A stretch of DNA of 40,552 bases from a virus (IMGVR_UViG_3300021560_000029:1-40552); one strand, 5' to 3'; positions 27,720 through 35,801 are shown, counted from the stretch's first letter. A program made the numbers and translations. The notes: generated from the letters alone by a model not told the origin.

Positions 27720-28510
27720 GCGGTCCCGATTTCATCCCGCTGCGCCTGCGACTTGCGCGGCATGATTTCCGCGTACTCGAAAATGCGGTCCTTGCGCGGC
27801 AGCATGGGCGAGGCGGTTTCTTCCATGAACTGATACAACCGGTCCCGTTCCGCTTCATCCGGCAGGCGGTTCATCAGACGACGCAGCTTTTCCACATCGG
27901 CCTGAAGCCAGTCATCCGTTTGCAGCCATTGAAAACGCCCGGCCAGTTCGACGTGCTGCTCGGCCCGCTCCACGGTTCTGACCGACACCCCGACAGCTTC
28001 GGCGACAGCCCGTTCGGATGCCGGTGCTGTGGGTCGCCCGCCCTTCGTTCTCTTCTGATCCGGTTTCTCGGCACTACGCCGCAAAACCTCCCGCGCCTTT
28101 TTCGCGCTTTCGGCGACCTGCGCCGAAGCTCGGAACCTCTTGCGCCGTTCGGCCGCCGTCAGGCTCTTGCGGTTCTCGTTCTCTTCGAGTTCGATGTCCC
28201 GTCGTTCCTCTTCGGTCAGCGTGTCCAGCAGGCTGGCGGCGATGGTCTTCCATCGGAGGAGCCGGGCCGCCTTCAGGCGCCGAAAGCCCGCGATCAGTTT
28301 GTAAGGGCCGCTCCGTTTCTCACGGTCTACTATGATCGGCTGCAACAGCCCAACCCGCTTCAGTCCGAAGGCGAGCGTGGAAAGATCACCGGCGTCTGAC
28401 CGGCGACGTTCGCCGATCTCAATGGAGTTCAGGGGGATGTCAATAGTTTTCATGACTGGTATGGGTGATGGTTCTTCGTCTTCGTCGTCCTGCGGCAGGT
28501 CGTCATACAT
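27716..28510 (-). CDS. ParB/Srx-like N-terminal domain protein with HTH
   Basis: IPLNSIEIGERRR, GLLQPIIV, LIAGFRRLKAA (GxxR box), ELEENENRKSLT and HTH SERAVAEAVGVSVRTVER. Start at 28510 or 28453. Confidence 0.85.
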   Translation of the reverse strand: MYDDLPQDDEDEEPSPIPVMKTIDIPLNSIEIGERRRSDAGDLSTLAFGLKRVGLLQPIIVDREKRSGPYKLIAGFRRLKAARLLRWKTIAASLLDTLTEEERRDIELEENENRKSLTAAERRKRFRASAQVAESAKKAREVLRRSAEKPDQKRTKGGRPTAPASERAVAEAVGVSVRTVERAEQHVELAGRFQWLQTDDWLQADVEKLRRLMNRLPDEAERDRLYQFMEETASPMLPRKDRIFEYAEIMPRKSQAQRDEIGTA

Positions 28511-28659
28511 TTGGGCTGCCCTGCAAAGATTTGGCGCAGGTGTTTGCAGGCCTTTAACGCTTTGGTTTGATGAACCTGAATCCGGCCAGCGCCAGCAGCG
28601 CAAACAGGGCGATCAGCAGTCCGGGCAATAATCCGTCACGCATGGGAGATAATCCCGGC

Positions 28660-28857
28660 ATGCTCCATCGGCTTACGAATACGCTCTGGATTAATCCGGA
28701 TCAGATCGCCTGCGTCGAACTCACGAAAGATCCCGCAGGCGGCGAAGCGACCGCCAGCCGCCTCTGGTTTCTGGGCCGCGCCGATCCGGTGCTTCTGGGC
28801 GGGCAGGAAACCGCAAACCTGCTGGCGCTTATTGGTGGTGGTGGGGCGCCGAGCTAA
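28660..28857 (+). CDS. Small hypothetical protein
   Basis: MLHRLTNTLWINPDQIACVE... ATG lies 6 nt after GATAAT. Confidence 0.55.
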   Translation: MLHRLTNTLWINPDQIACVELTKDPAGGEATASRLWFLGRADPVLLGGQETANLLALIGGGGAPS

Positions 28858-29182
28858 CGGCCGCTTTCGGCGGTGGTGGCGGCGGGTGCGGAAGACTGCG
28901 GGCCGCAAGGTCGACCGCTGCCACTTTCGCGTCGCGGATCAGCGAGTATGATTTGCCGCCGACTACGCCGTAGACCTTCATCCCGCTCATCCCGTAGTCT
29001 TCCTCGACCTGAGCGACCTGCTTCTCGCCGATCATGGCGTTGTGCACCATGCCCCGGCCGAGATGCCCGGCCTGCCGTATCCAGCTGACCTTCGATCTGA
29101 CGGCTGATGGCGTCAGCGGCTCCGGTTCCGGCTTCGCCTGCGGTTTCGCCTGCGGTTTTGTTTCGTGCGTTTCGTGCTGCAT
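28829..29182 (-). CDS. Hypothetical protein
   Basis: AGGAG RBS upstream, plausible composition. Confidence 0.55.
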   Translation of the reverse strand: MQHETHETKPQAKPQAKPEPEPLTPSAVRSKVSWIRQAGHLGRGMVHNAMIGEKQVAQVEEDYGMSGMKVYGVVGGKSYSLIRDAKVAAVDLAARSLPHPPPPPPKAAVSSAPHHHQ

Positions 29183-29190
29183 TGCTTCTC

Positions 29191-29592
29191 CTACTGCGGC
29201 AGATTGCCGCCGCCGCCCGCGCTGCCGCTGCCATCGTCGCCGCTGCCGAAGCTGTCGATGGTCACTGGACCGATGGTGAACGTTGTGCCCGCGTTGTTTG
29301 CGAACGTGCCGCCGAGGTTGGTGATGCCGCCGTCACCGGCCTGCGCGACGGTGTAGCCGCCCGCGTCGTTATACCCGATCCCGCACGAGCCGTAAATCCA
29401 CGGCGTCGCGGGCAGGGGCGCATACCGGTAAGGAACCAGATGCGGATATACCGGCGGGTAATAGTGGTGATGGTGTACCTCCCGTGGTGAAAGCGCGACA
29501 CACTCGCAGTGTTTCAGTTCCGGAGAGCATCCCCGCTTGCAGATCGGGCAGATCCATCCCTTTTTCTCGTCCTTCTTCTTCGCGTCCTTCAT
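29191..29592 (-). CDS. Hypothetical protein with N-terminal Zn ribbon
   Basis: GGAGG RBS before MKDAKKK, and GWICPICKRGCSP..KHC.C. Confidence 0.55.
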   Translation of the reverse strand: MKDAKKKDEKKGWICPICKRGCSPELKHCECVALSPREVHHHHYYPPVYPHLVPYRYAPLPATPWIYGSCGIGYNDAGGYTVAQAGDGGITNLGGTFANNAGTTFTIGPVTIDSFGSGDDGSGSAGGGGNLPQ

Positions 29593-29602
29593 ACTAACCT
29601 CC

Positions 29603-29914
29603 ATGAGCGGGTTCAGACGCCCGAAGCCGCCATCAGCGGCATTCTGGGCAAAGCAGTCGCGGCAGTTCACCGCGCTTCATGAAAAGCACGGCAAGCCACA
29701 GGTCCACGTCCGGAAAACGGAGAACGGGCGCTGGCAGTTGTACGGCGACGAACTGACGCCGGATCTCATTACGGATCTCAACCGGATGCATGCGAAGTGC
29801 GCGCGCGCCTGCGGCTTCGCCGGATCGGATGAGGACGCGGCTCAGTACTGGCTGAACCGGATCTACGCGAGCAAGCTGCGCGGGTCCGACGCCACCGCCA
29901 CGAGGTTGATGTGA
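29603..29914 (+). CDS. Hypothetical protein
   Basis: ATG at 29603 lies 7 nt after CATACT. GTGA overlap with the next gene. Confidence 0.5.
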   Translation: MSGFRRPKPPSAAFWAKQSRQFTALHEKHGKPQVHVRKTENGRWQLYGDELTPDLITDLNRMHAKCARACGFAGSDEDAAQYWLNRIYASKLRGSDATATRLM

Positions 29915-30144
29915 CGCCCGAAGATCCGCAGATTGCCTTCGGCGGCGATGACGACGACGATGAACGGCAGATCGACCTGATACTGCTCGCCATGCTGCGC
30001 GTGCTGCTCGTGCTCGTCGCGCTGGCCTCGATGTGGGTGTACTGGCTGGTGAACCGCGATACGCGCCCGGTTTATATTCCCGAAGGCTTACAATCGGCGC
30101 ATGCCACGCAAACTACCACACACCCGGATTCTGCGCCCGAATGA
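29911..30144 (+). CDS. Small single-pass membrane protein
   Basis: Acidic N-terminus followed by hydrophobic LILLAMLRVLLVLVALASMWVYWLV. Confidence 0.55.
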   Translation: MTPEDPQIAFGGDDDDDERQIDLILLAMLRVLLVLVALASMWVYWLVNRDTRPVYIPEGLQSAHATQTTTHPDSAPE

Positions 30145-30538
30145 ATGCTTCAGTTGCGGCAGGCCGCAAATGCCGGAAGGTCCGGGCCTGTTTGTCTGCT
30201 ATTGCGGCTGCTACATGATGGCGGATGTGCTGGAGGATCAGTCTTTCCTCCTGCGCAACCTCACCCATGCCGAAGGACGAGCATTGCAGGATCGCGTCCG
30301 CCGCCGTCTGCCGCTGGTCAAAGGCCAGCCAAAGCGCGTTTACAAAATCGCTCTGGGAAAAGAATTTCTGGACTGCCCGGATGCATTCGTCAGTACGGAC
30401 GGCGGCCGGACATTCCACCTCACGATAGCGGAGTTCGATGAGCGCGAAAAAGCCTTCCTGCGCCGTCAGGCGGCACGGGGAAGGAACCGCCGCTCGAAGG
30501 TAGCCCGCGTCATGCGGGTAATTGAACCGCCCGAGTAG
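30101..30538 (+). CDS. Hypothetical Zn-ribbon protein
   Basis: CFSCG...FVCYCGC. Continues the + strand cluster. Confidence 0.5.
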   Translation: MPRKLPHTRILRPNECFSCGRPQMPEGPGLFVCYCGCYMMADVLEDQSFLLRNLTHAEGRALQDRVRRRLPLVKGQPKRVYKIALGKEFLDCPDAFVSTDGGRTFHLTIAEFDEREKAFLRRQAARGRNRRSKVARVMRVIEPPE

Positions 30539-32235
30539 ACTTCTGCGGGCCACCGCACTTCATCGAGCGAAACGAGCGGCAAGGCAAGGCACCGGCAATT
30601 GCGTGATATGATGCCTGCCGATGTTACTGCATACCATCCGTCGTTGGTTTCCATCGTAAAGACATGGCCGCCCGACGATTTACAGACGCTTTTCTGTGTC
30701 ACGCGAATCAACGCCTGGTCGCCGGAGAATCCCTGCGCGATATCGCCGCCAGTGAAAGATGCGGGGCCGGTCACCTTTCCAATGCGCTCGCCAAAGCCGG
30801 ACTCCGCAGTAAGCAGGCGTTCGGCGCGGGAATGCGGCATATCATCGATCCGGCTGAACTTCGGCGGCTCTATCTCGATGACCGATGGAGCGAGCAAAGA
30901 ATCGCGCTGCATTTCGGAATACAGCGAGCAGTGGTGCGGAAAAATCTCATCGCCAACAACATCATGCCGCGAAACGGGTCCGAAGCCAATCGCATCCGGA
31001 TGGAGCGTCTGACCGCAGATGAACGCCGTCATCTGATCGGCAATGCGCGACAGATACGAACCGAACATCTGCAACGCGACGCCCGCTATAAGACCCCTAA
31101 TCCCGCCATCGGTCCCGGCGAGCATGAGATCGCCGAAGCCATGAACCGGCGCGGAATGACATTCGAGCGTCAGGTCATCTGCGATGGATACCTGATCGAT
31201 TTCGTCACGGATCACATCGCCGTGGAAATCAGCGCCAAATCGGCGGAGCGCAATATTCTGGTGGTCACGGGCCAGCGCCGCAAACATCTCCTCGAACGTG
31301 GATATTCCATCGCTCATGTCTGGCTCTACAGCGGAGCGCCCGGTATTCAGCAGGCGGACAAGATCGCAGCCTATATCGAGCGAGCCCGCAGCGCGCCACC
31401 CGTTCGCGGTCAGTATTGGGTGATTCGGTGTGGCCGTAAAACTGACGCCACCTTCGACATCGATACGGATGAGATCACCGCTGTAAGGTGCACGCCAGAG
31501 CGTCTTGACGCCTGACCGACTGAATGCTTCAACATCGCCGGTGAAACAGTTCCAGATCTCCCCCGGAGCGTATCGGCCAACCGGCCGCTCATGTACCAGC
31601 GCTTCCGGCGATGGCGGGTCGTTCCATGCCACCAGCACGTTGTGCATACGACGGTGCGACGGCCGCACGCGCTGATCGTGCGACGTTTCCCACTGATACC
31701 AAGGGATGTCGAGGCGTTCCGAACGCGCCCGCGTCATGGCGGTTTCGGCCTTTGAAACCTCCGTGCGCGCGATGAGCTTAATCCGCGAGGCCGCAAGGCG
31801 TGGGGCGCGCCGCCTCAGTTCGGCTTCGATTTCCCCGGCCCGCATTCCCTTCTGCTGCGCCCGCGCCGCAAACGCCGTGATCTGCTCGGCGACCGCCGTG
31901 GGGATCGATGTGATCAGCTGCGCGTTGTCGTTGACGATCTGGTCGATGACGTCGCCCGCCCCGGTGCGCCGCAGTTCCGTCCGCAGGTGCCGGTAGATTT
32001 CGCGGGACCGCGTGCCGCGCATCGCCGCCTCGCGCCACGACCGGGCGTTGATGCCCACGACCGACATCACCATGTCCCGCGCCGCAGCCCCGGCCGCCCG
32101 CGTGAATGCCGGGCTGTCGCCGATCTCCGCCAGCCGTGCGGGCGTCAGGCGGCCATAGCGCCGGAAGATTCCCATGATCGCCCGCTGGTAGGCGTTTATC
32201 ATCCGGCCCCACGGCGGGGGCGTTGAACGCGGCAT
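30466..32235 (-). CDS. MuF/SPP1 gp7-like minor head protein, intein-containing
   Basis: LITSIP, IARTEVSKA, YQWETSHDQRVRPSH and PGEIWN|CRC. The conserved N-C-R-C motif is split by an intein. Confidence 0.9.
   Translation of the reverse strand: MPRSTPPPWGRMINAYQRAIMGIFRRYGRLTPARLAEIGDSPAFTRAAGAAARDMVMSVVGINARSWREAAMRGTRSREIYRHLRTELRRTGAGDVIDQIVNDNAQLITSIPTAVAEQITAFAARAQQKGMRAGEIEAELRRRAPRLAASRIKLIARTEVSKAETAMTRARSERLDIPWYQWETSHDQRVRPSHRRMHNVLVAWNDPPSPEALVHERPVGRYAPGEIWNCFTGDVEAFSRSGVKTLWRAPYSGDLIRIDVEGGVSFTATPNHPILTANGWRAAGSLDIGCDLVRLLNTGRSAVEPDMSDGISTFEEMFAALARDHQNIALRRFGADFHGDVIRDEIDQVSIADDLTLECHSAPVHGFGDLMLAGTDGGIRGLIAGVALQMFGSYLSRIADQMTAFICGQTLHPDAIGFGPVSRHDVVGDEIFPHHCSLYSEMQRDSLLAPSVIEIEPPKFSRIDDMPHSRAERLLTAESGFGERIGKVTGPASFTGGDIAQGFSGDQALIRVTQKSVCKSSGGHVFTMETNDGWYAVTSAGIISRNCRCLALPLVSLDEVRWPAEVYSGGSITRMTRATFERRFLPRAA
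30598..31548 (-). mobile_element. Intein (317 aa) in the MuF gene
   Basis: Block A CFTGD after EIWN, block B TPNHPILT..GW..AG.L..G, block F/G HVFTMETNDGWY...GIISRN, followed by +1 Cys (CRC). Confidence 0.88.
30664..31515 (+). CDS. HTH plus Vsr/DUF559-like endonuclease encoded antisense inside the intein
   Basis: Two HTH-like segments (GESLRDIAA.., LRRLYLDDRWSEQRIALHFGIQRAVVRKNL), then GEHEIAEAMNRRGMTFERQVICDGYLIDF...IAVEI...RRKHLLERGYSIAHVW. Confidence 0.78.
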   Translation: MAARRFTDAFLCHANQRLVAGESLRDIAASERCGAGHLSNALAKAGLRSKQAFGAGMRHIIDPAELRRLYLDDRWSEQRIALHFGIQRAVVRKNLIANNIMPRNGSEANRIRMERLTADERRHLIGNARQIRTEHLQRDARYKTPNPAIGPGEHEIAEAMNRRGMTFERQVICDGYLIDFVTDHIAVEISAKSAERNILVVTGQRRKHLLERGYSIAHVWLYSGAPGIQQADKIAAYIERARSAPPVRGQYWVIRCGRKTDATFDIDTDEITAVRCTPERLDA

Positions 32236-32279
32236 AGGCTAAATATCCACAGGCAAAGGGAATAATCGCGGGAATATTT

Positions 32280-32477
32280 TCAGCCGATCTTGTCAAGCGC
32301 TTCCGAAAGCCCGCGCCGCATATGGCCCGCCCAATCTTCCGCTATGTCGGCCAGAACGCGCAGGGTCTGAGACTGAGGGGCCGCGTCCGCCGCGTCCCGC
32401 GCGACCAGCGCTTTCGCTTCGGCCTCTTCCACCCTTTTTCGCCATTGCAGAACCAGCCCGTCGCCCGCCAGCGTCAC
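32280..32477 (-). CDS. Small hypothetical protein
   Basis: GTGA overlap with the upstream gene, helical composition. Confidence 0.45.
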   Translation of the reverse strand: MTLAGDGLVLQWRKRVEEAEAKALVARDAADAAPQSQTLRVLADIAEDWAGHMRRGLSEALDKIG

Positions 32478-32779
32478 GCCCTGCGTTCGGCCGCCGCGTC
32501 CCCTTTCCATACCACCCAATCCTTCGGGAATAAAGTCCCGCCCTTTTTGTGCTGCCCGTAATGCAGCGCCGCGCCGCATGACGTGCACAGGGCTTCGAAG
32601 TACTCGTTGTCGTCTACCACCCGGCAACGGAAGGTGATTTCATGCTGGCCGCATTTGCCGCAGGTGTCGATGTCGAACACGTCCTGCACGGCCGCGATCT
32701 GGCGGAAGATGTCTTTTACCGTCTCGCCCGTGACTTTTATCAGCAGGCGGCCGTTGGCCGTTTTGTACGTGGCCTCCAT
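32474..32779 (-). CDS. Hypothetical Zn-ribbon protein
   Basis: CGKCG...FRCRVVDDNEYFE..C.SCGA.L.YGQHKKGGTLFPK. Confidence 0.7.
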   Translation of the reverse strand: MEATYKTANGRLLIKVTGETVKDIFRQIAAVQDVFDIDTCGKCGQHEITFRCRVVDDNEYFEALCTSCGAALHYGQHKKGGTLFPKDWVVWKGDAAAERRA

Positions 32780-32781
32780 TT

Positions 32782-32952
32782 TCAGTCCATCGGCAGCAGC
32801 AGCAGGATGCCCTTGCCGCCGCTACCGAAATCGTACTGCACCGCGTGTACGTCACGGTCGGCGAATATCCAGTTGTTGCCCCGGCCGTCATTGCCCGGAA
32901 ATCCAAGCGCCTGCGGACGGACGCAGACCTTACCCACCCGCGTAATCACCAT
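32782..32952 (-). CDS. Small hypothetical protein
   Basis: Fills the gap between the terminase stop and the next gene. Start uncertain. Confidence 0.35.
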   Translation of the reverse strand: MVITRVGKVCVRPQALGFPGNDGRGNNWIFADRDVHAVQYDFGSGGKGILLLLPMD

Positions 32953-32977
32953 CGGCACGCTGCGGGCCGCCGCCTGT

Positions 32978-34306
32978 TCAAGCTGCGATGCGCCAAACAT
33001 TGACGCGGGTGGCGATGAGGTAACGCAACGCGTCGCAGGCGTGATCGTTGGATTTGACCGGGAGTTCGACGCCGATTTTCGTTTTGGCTTCATCCCACGC
33101 ATAAATCTCCAGTTCCCTACGAAGATTTTTACACCGCTCGTGTATCCGGATGAGCCGCCGCGCCAGCATCGCCGAAACGCGCCGGATACCTTCGAGCACG
33201 TCATTGACGGCGTCCTGCGTCGCTATCCCGCGCGCCAGCAGTTCGACCTTGAAACTGGCCGCGCTCGGGTCAACGATTACCGAGGTCGGCCATGTGCGCT
33301 CCTGCCCCTCTATGCAGAATTTCGCCTGGAAATCGTCCGCGTATTCCCCGTTGGTCTTCTGCCGGTTCTCGACCTGCGAGTCCCAATAATACTCGTCATC
33401 GACCCACAGAACCTCGCCGTCGTCATAAACGTCGAGCATCGCCATCGCATTGACGGTGCCCACGTCAATCGGCACGTAACGCGCCACATGCCCGCCCGGC
33501 GAATGCAGCCCAATCGGCCGCGTGGTGTCGTTGTACAGGTTGGCGGGACTCATCACGTCCCGGTAGATGGCGCCTTCCGCGACCACCCACAGGCCCGCGA
33601 TATTGCGCTGCCAGAAGACCCCGGTGAACGATCGTTTCAGCTGCTCTTTTTTGTCCTCGTCAATGTTCGGGTTGTCATCGAGCGTGTAGGTTTCCGACCA
33701 CACGTCGCCCTTGGCGATCTTGTCCTCGTCATCGATCCACTCGTCTTTCAGGTAGTGGAGCGGCGACGCCGGGTTGGTCGTGAGCCATGCCACCGAGTCC
33801 GGCAGCGACAGGCGCGAAACCGCCATATTGAAGAACGATTCCGGCGTTTCCGTGACTTCATCGCCGAGCCACACGCCGACCGTGCTGCCCTTGATGAACT
33901 TGTACGACCGCTCATCCGACGCCCCGCATACGAGAAACGGATGCCCGAACAGCAGCAGCTGGCCCGACTGCGAATTGTACGAGTACAGATCATCGCCGAT
34001 CCACTCGAACATGAAGTTCAGCATGTTCGTGCGAATCGTGGTCTTCGATGCCCCGGTGATGAGGCCGATGCCGCCCGGCCACCAGCCGTACGCCATCCAC
34101 GTCAGCAGCTTGACGATTACAGCCCACGTCTTCGAGGACCGCACCGCGCCGTTCAGAATATTCACCAGCGCGTCCCGCGACGGATGCCGCCGGATAAACC
34201 GCGTGGCCTTCGGCCCGAACGGCTTAATCGTGCGCGGCGCCTGTAGCTCGTCGACGTCCACCCGGTGATGGCGCAGCGGAAGAATGGCGAGTTTATCCCT
34301 CGTCAT
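32978..34306 (-). CDS. terL: Terminase large subunit (PBSX-like)
   Basis: Walker A GAVRSSKT, Walker B VWLGDE, TTNP coupling motif, nuclease IDVG..N, VDPSAASF and PVK.NDHACDALRY. Confidence 0.93.
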   Translation of the reverse strand: MTRDKLAILPLRHHRVDVDELQAPRTIKPFGPKATRFIRRHPSRDALVNILNGAVRSSKTWAVIVKLLTWMAYGWWPGGIGLITGASKTTIRTNMLNFMFEWIGDDLYSYNSQSGQLLLFGHPFLVCGASDERSYKFIKGSTVGVWLGDEVTETPESFFNMAVSRLSLPDSVAWLTTNPASPLHYLKDEWIDDEDKIAKGDVWSETYTLDDNPNIDEDKKEQLKRSFTGVFWQRNIAGLWVVAEGAIYRDVMSPANLYNDTTRPIGLHSPGGHVARYVPIDVGTVNAMAMLDVYDDGEVLWVDDEYYWDSQVENRQKTNGEYADDFQAKFCIEGQERTWPTSVIVDPSAASFKVELLARGIATQDAVNDVLEGIRRVSAMLARRLIRIHERCKNLRRELEIYAWDEAKTKIGVELPVKSNDHACDALRYLIATRVNVWRIAA

Positions 34307-34913
34307 CGCCGATCTCCTGCTTCAACACGTCGGCCGCCGCCAGCGACGATTCCCTGCCCCCGCGCAGACGCGGACGCGGAATTGTGTCGTCGTCCGGCAG
34401 CGTCGGCGACTGCCGCATCGCCTCCGCCAGTTCCTTCAGCAGATTCCCCGCGATGGCCCGCGCCCCCTCGTCCTCGATCTTGATTCGCTCCGCGTACCGC
34501 TTCGGCGCGAGCTTCGACAGATACCACTTACGCGCGTCGAGCTTGAGCGTCGCCCGCGCCACGTTGTCCGTGGTCGTGATATTCACATGCCCCGCCACCT
34601 CCGCCTCAATCGAGCCGTCCGCCTTCCGTTTCGCCGACTGCGACACGCGCCGCTCCGGCAGCCGCTCATCGGAGATCTCGATGCATTCGTCGGCCATCGA
34701 GTCGAGGCCCATCTCCCTCGCGCGCGCGTAAAGCGGAAAAAAGCCGTTGACGTCGTTCACTGCCCACTTGCGAACGGTGGACTCGTCGGGCAGCGAGTCA
34801 TCGTCGCGGCAGATGGCGCGCAGCGTTTTGCCGGTCGCGAGCAGCGCGCAGATTTTGTTCGCGATTTTGCGCGAGTATCGCGAAGGCCTGCCCAGCGGCG
34901 CGGGTGCGGGCAC
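34293..34913 (-). CDS. terS: Terminase small subunit
   Basis: GRPSRYSRKIANKIC..LA.G.TLRAIC..LP..STVRKW, YARARE...ADE..EI.D and LDARKWYLSKLAPKRY. Overlaps the terL start. Confidence 0.88.
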   Translation of the reverse strand: MPAPAPLGRPSRYSRKIANKICALLATGKTLRAICRDDDSLPDESTVRKWAVNDVNGFFPLYARAREMGLDSMADECIEISDERLPERRVSQSAKRKADGSIEAEVAGHVNITTTDNVARATLKLDARKWYLSKLAPKRYAERIKIEDEGARAIAGNLLKELAEAMRQSPTLPDDDTIPRPRLRGGRESSLAAADVLKQEIGDDEG

Positions 34914-35120
34914 ATTACCGTACCGTGGTGACAGCCGCAGATGTGGGTGATGGTGATGGGGAAAACGAGAGCATGATTTGTTTGTTTATTCAAAGAAATT
35001 ACGGGCGCGGGCACACGCGCGTAAGCGTATGTTTGACCGGTGAAGCCTCGCGCCCGGTCTATCCGGAGTGGAAACGCCGGAGTATAGCCAGCGAGCGGTG
35101 GAGTATCCGTCGCCGGAAAA

Positions 35121-35318
35121 TCAGTGGTGCACCAGCCCCGCGCCGCCGCCGAGCAGGCCAACGACCACGTACAGAAGCCAGATACAAACGACGACGATGA
35201 CGATGATGCGGATCAGCCTCGCGATGGCGGGGTCCATCGGGATCTGCTGGATTACCCAGAGCGCAAGGCCGACGATGATGAGGCCGACGATTACCTGAAT
35301 CAGCCATAAGGGGAACAT
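35121..35318 (-). CDS. Small two-TM membrane protein (holin-like)
   Basis: 65 aa with two hydrophobic helices flanking IPMDPAI. Upstream of terS. Confidence 0.65.
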   Translation of the reverse strand: MFPLWLIQVIVGLIIVGLALWVIQQIPMDPAIARLIRIIVIVVVCIWLLYVVVGLLGGGAGLVHH

Positions 35319-35366
35319 GGGAGGGATTTACCTCACTTTCGGTGGTGATTGAAGGGAGAGGGGATT

Positions 35367-35401
35367 AAAAAAACGGGGGCAGGTCGCATCCTGCCCCGTT
35401 T
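35367..35401 (-). terminator. Intrinsic terminator (possibly bidirectional)
   Basis: AAAAAAACGGGGGCAGG-TCGCAT-CCTGCCCCGTTT. GC stem with a U7 tail on the minus strand. Confidence 0.7.
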
Positions 35402-35555
35402 ATTTTAGGAGTTGAATGGGTATTTGCTCACAACCGGCCGCCCTTCTTTCCCGCGCCCCTAAGCCCCCCCCGGAGCTATTAGCGCGGAAACAACGAAGCG
35501 CCGATTTGTCCTGAATTGTAACCCGAATTAAGCCGACCGGTACTGCGAAATATTG

Positions 35556-35801
35556 TTACTGCTGCGGCGGCCCGAACAGGCTCGTTTGTCCCTCGCGGCC
35601 CCTGCTCACGTTCTCGACGCAATGGCGGTGCGCCCAGCGGTTGGCGCGTTCCGGCAGCGAGACGCCGTGGCCACCGCCGCCCGCGCGCTGCATCACCCAG
35701 CCCGCCGTGTACTGATAAACGTTCAGCGCCTGGGTGTTGAGATCGATCTTGCAGAATTCGCAGGTCGCGCGGAACCGGTCCGGTATGTTGTCGCCCGGCA
35801 T
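35556..35801 (-). CDS. Hypothetical Zn-binding protein
   Basis: MPGDNIPDRFRATCEFC...AHRHC..GQTSLF. Confidence 0.55.
   Translation of the reverse strand: MPGDNIPDRFRATCEFCKIDLNTQALNVYQYTAGWVMQRAGGGGHGVSLPERANRWAHRHCVENVSRGREGQTSLFGPPQQ

Noticed and set aside
29120-29180. Short tandem repeats (TTCGCCTGCGGT, TTTCGTGCG)
   Set aside because: In-frame low-complexity peptide repeats (HET, KPQA, PE) with no sign of separate function.
32642-34246. 534-aa + strand ORF
   Set aside because: Antisense shadow of terL with no recognisable motifs, unlike the antisense ORF in the intein.
34915-35120. cos/pac packaging site upstream of terS
   Set aside because: Plausible position, but no diagnostic sequence. 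It needs read-terminus analysis.
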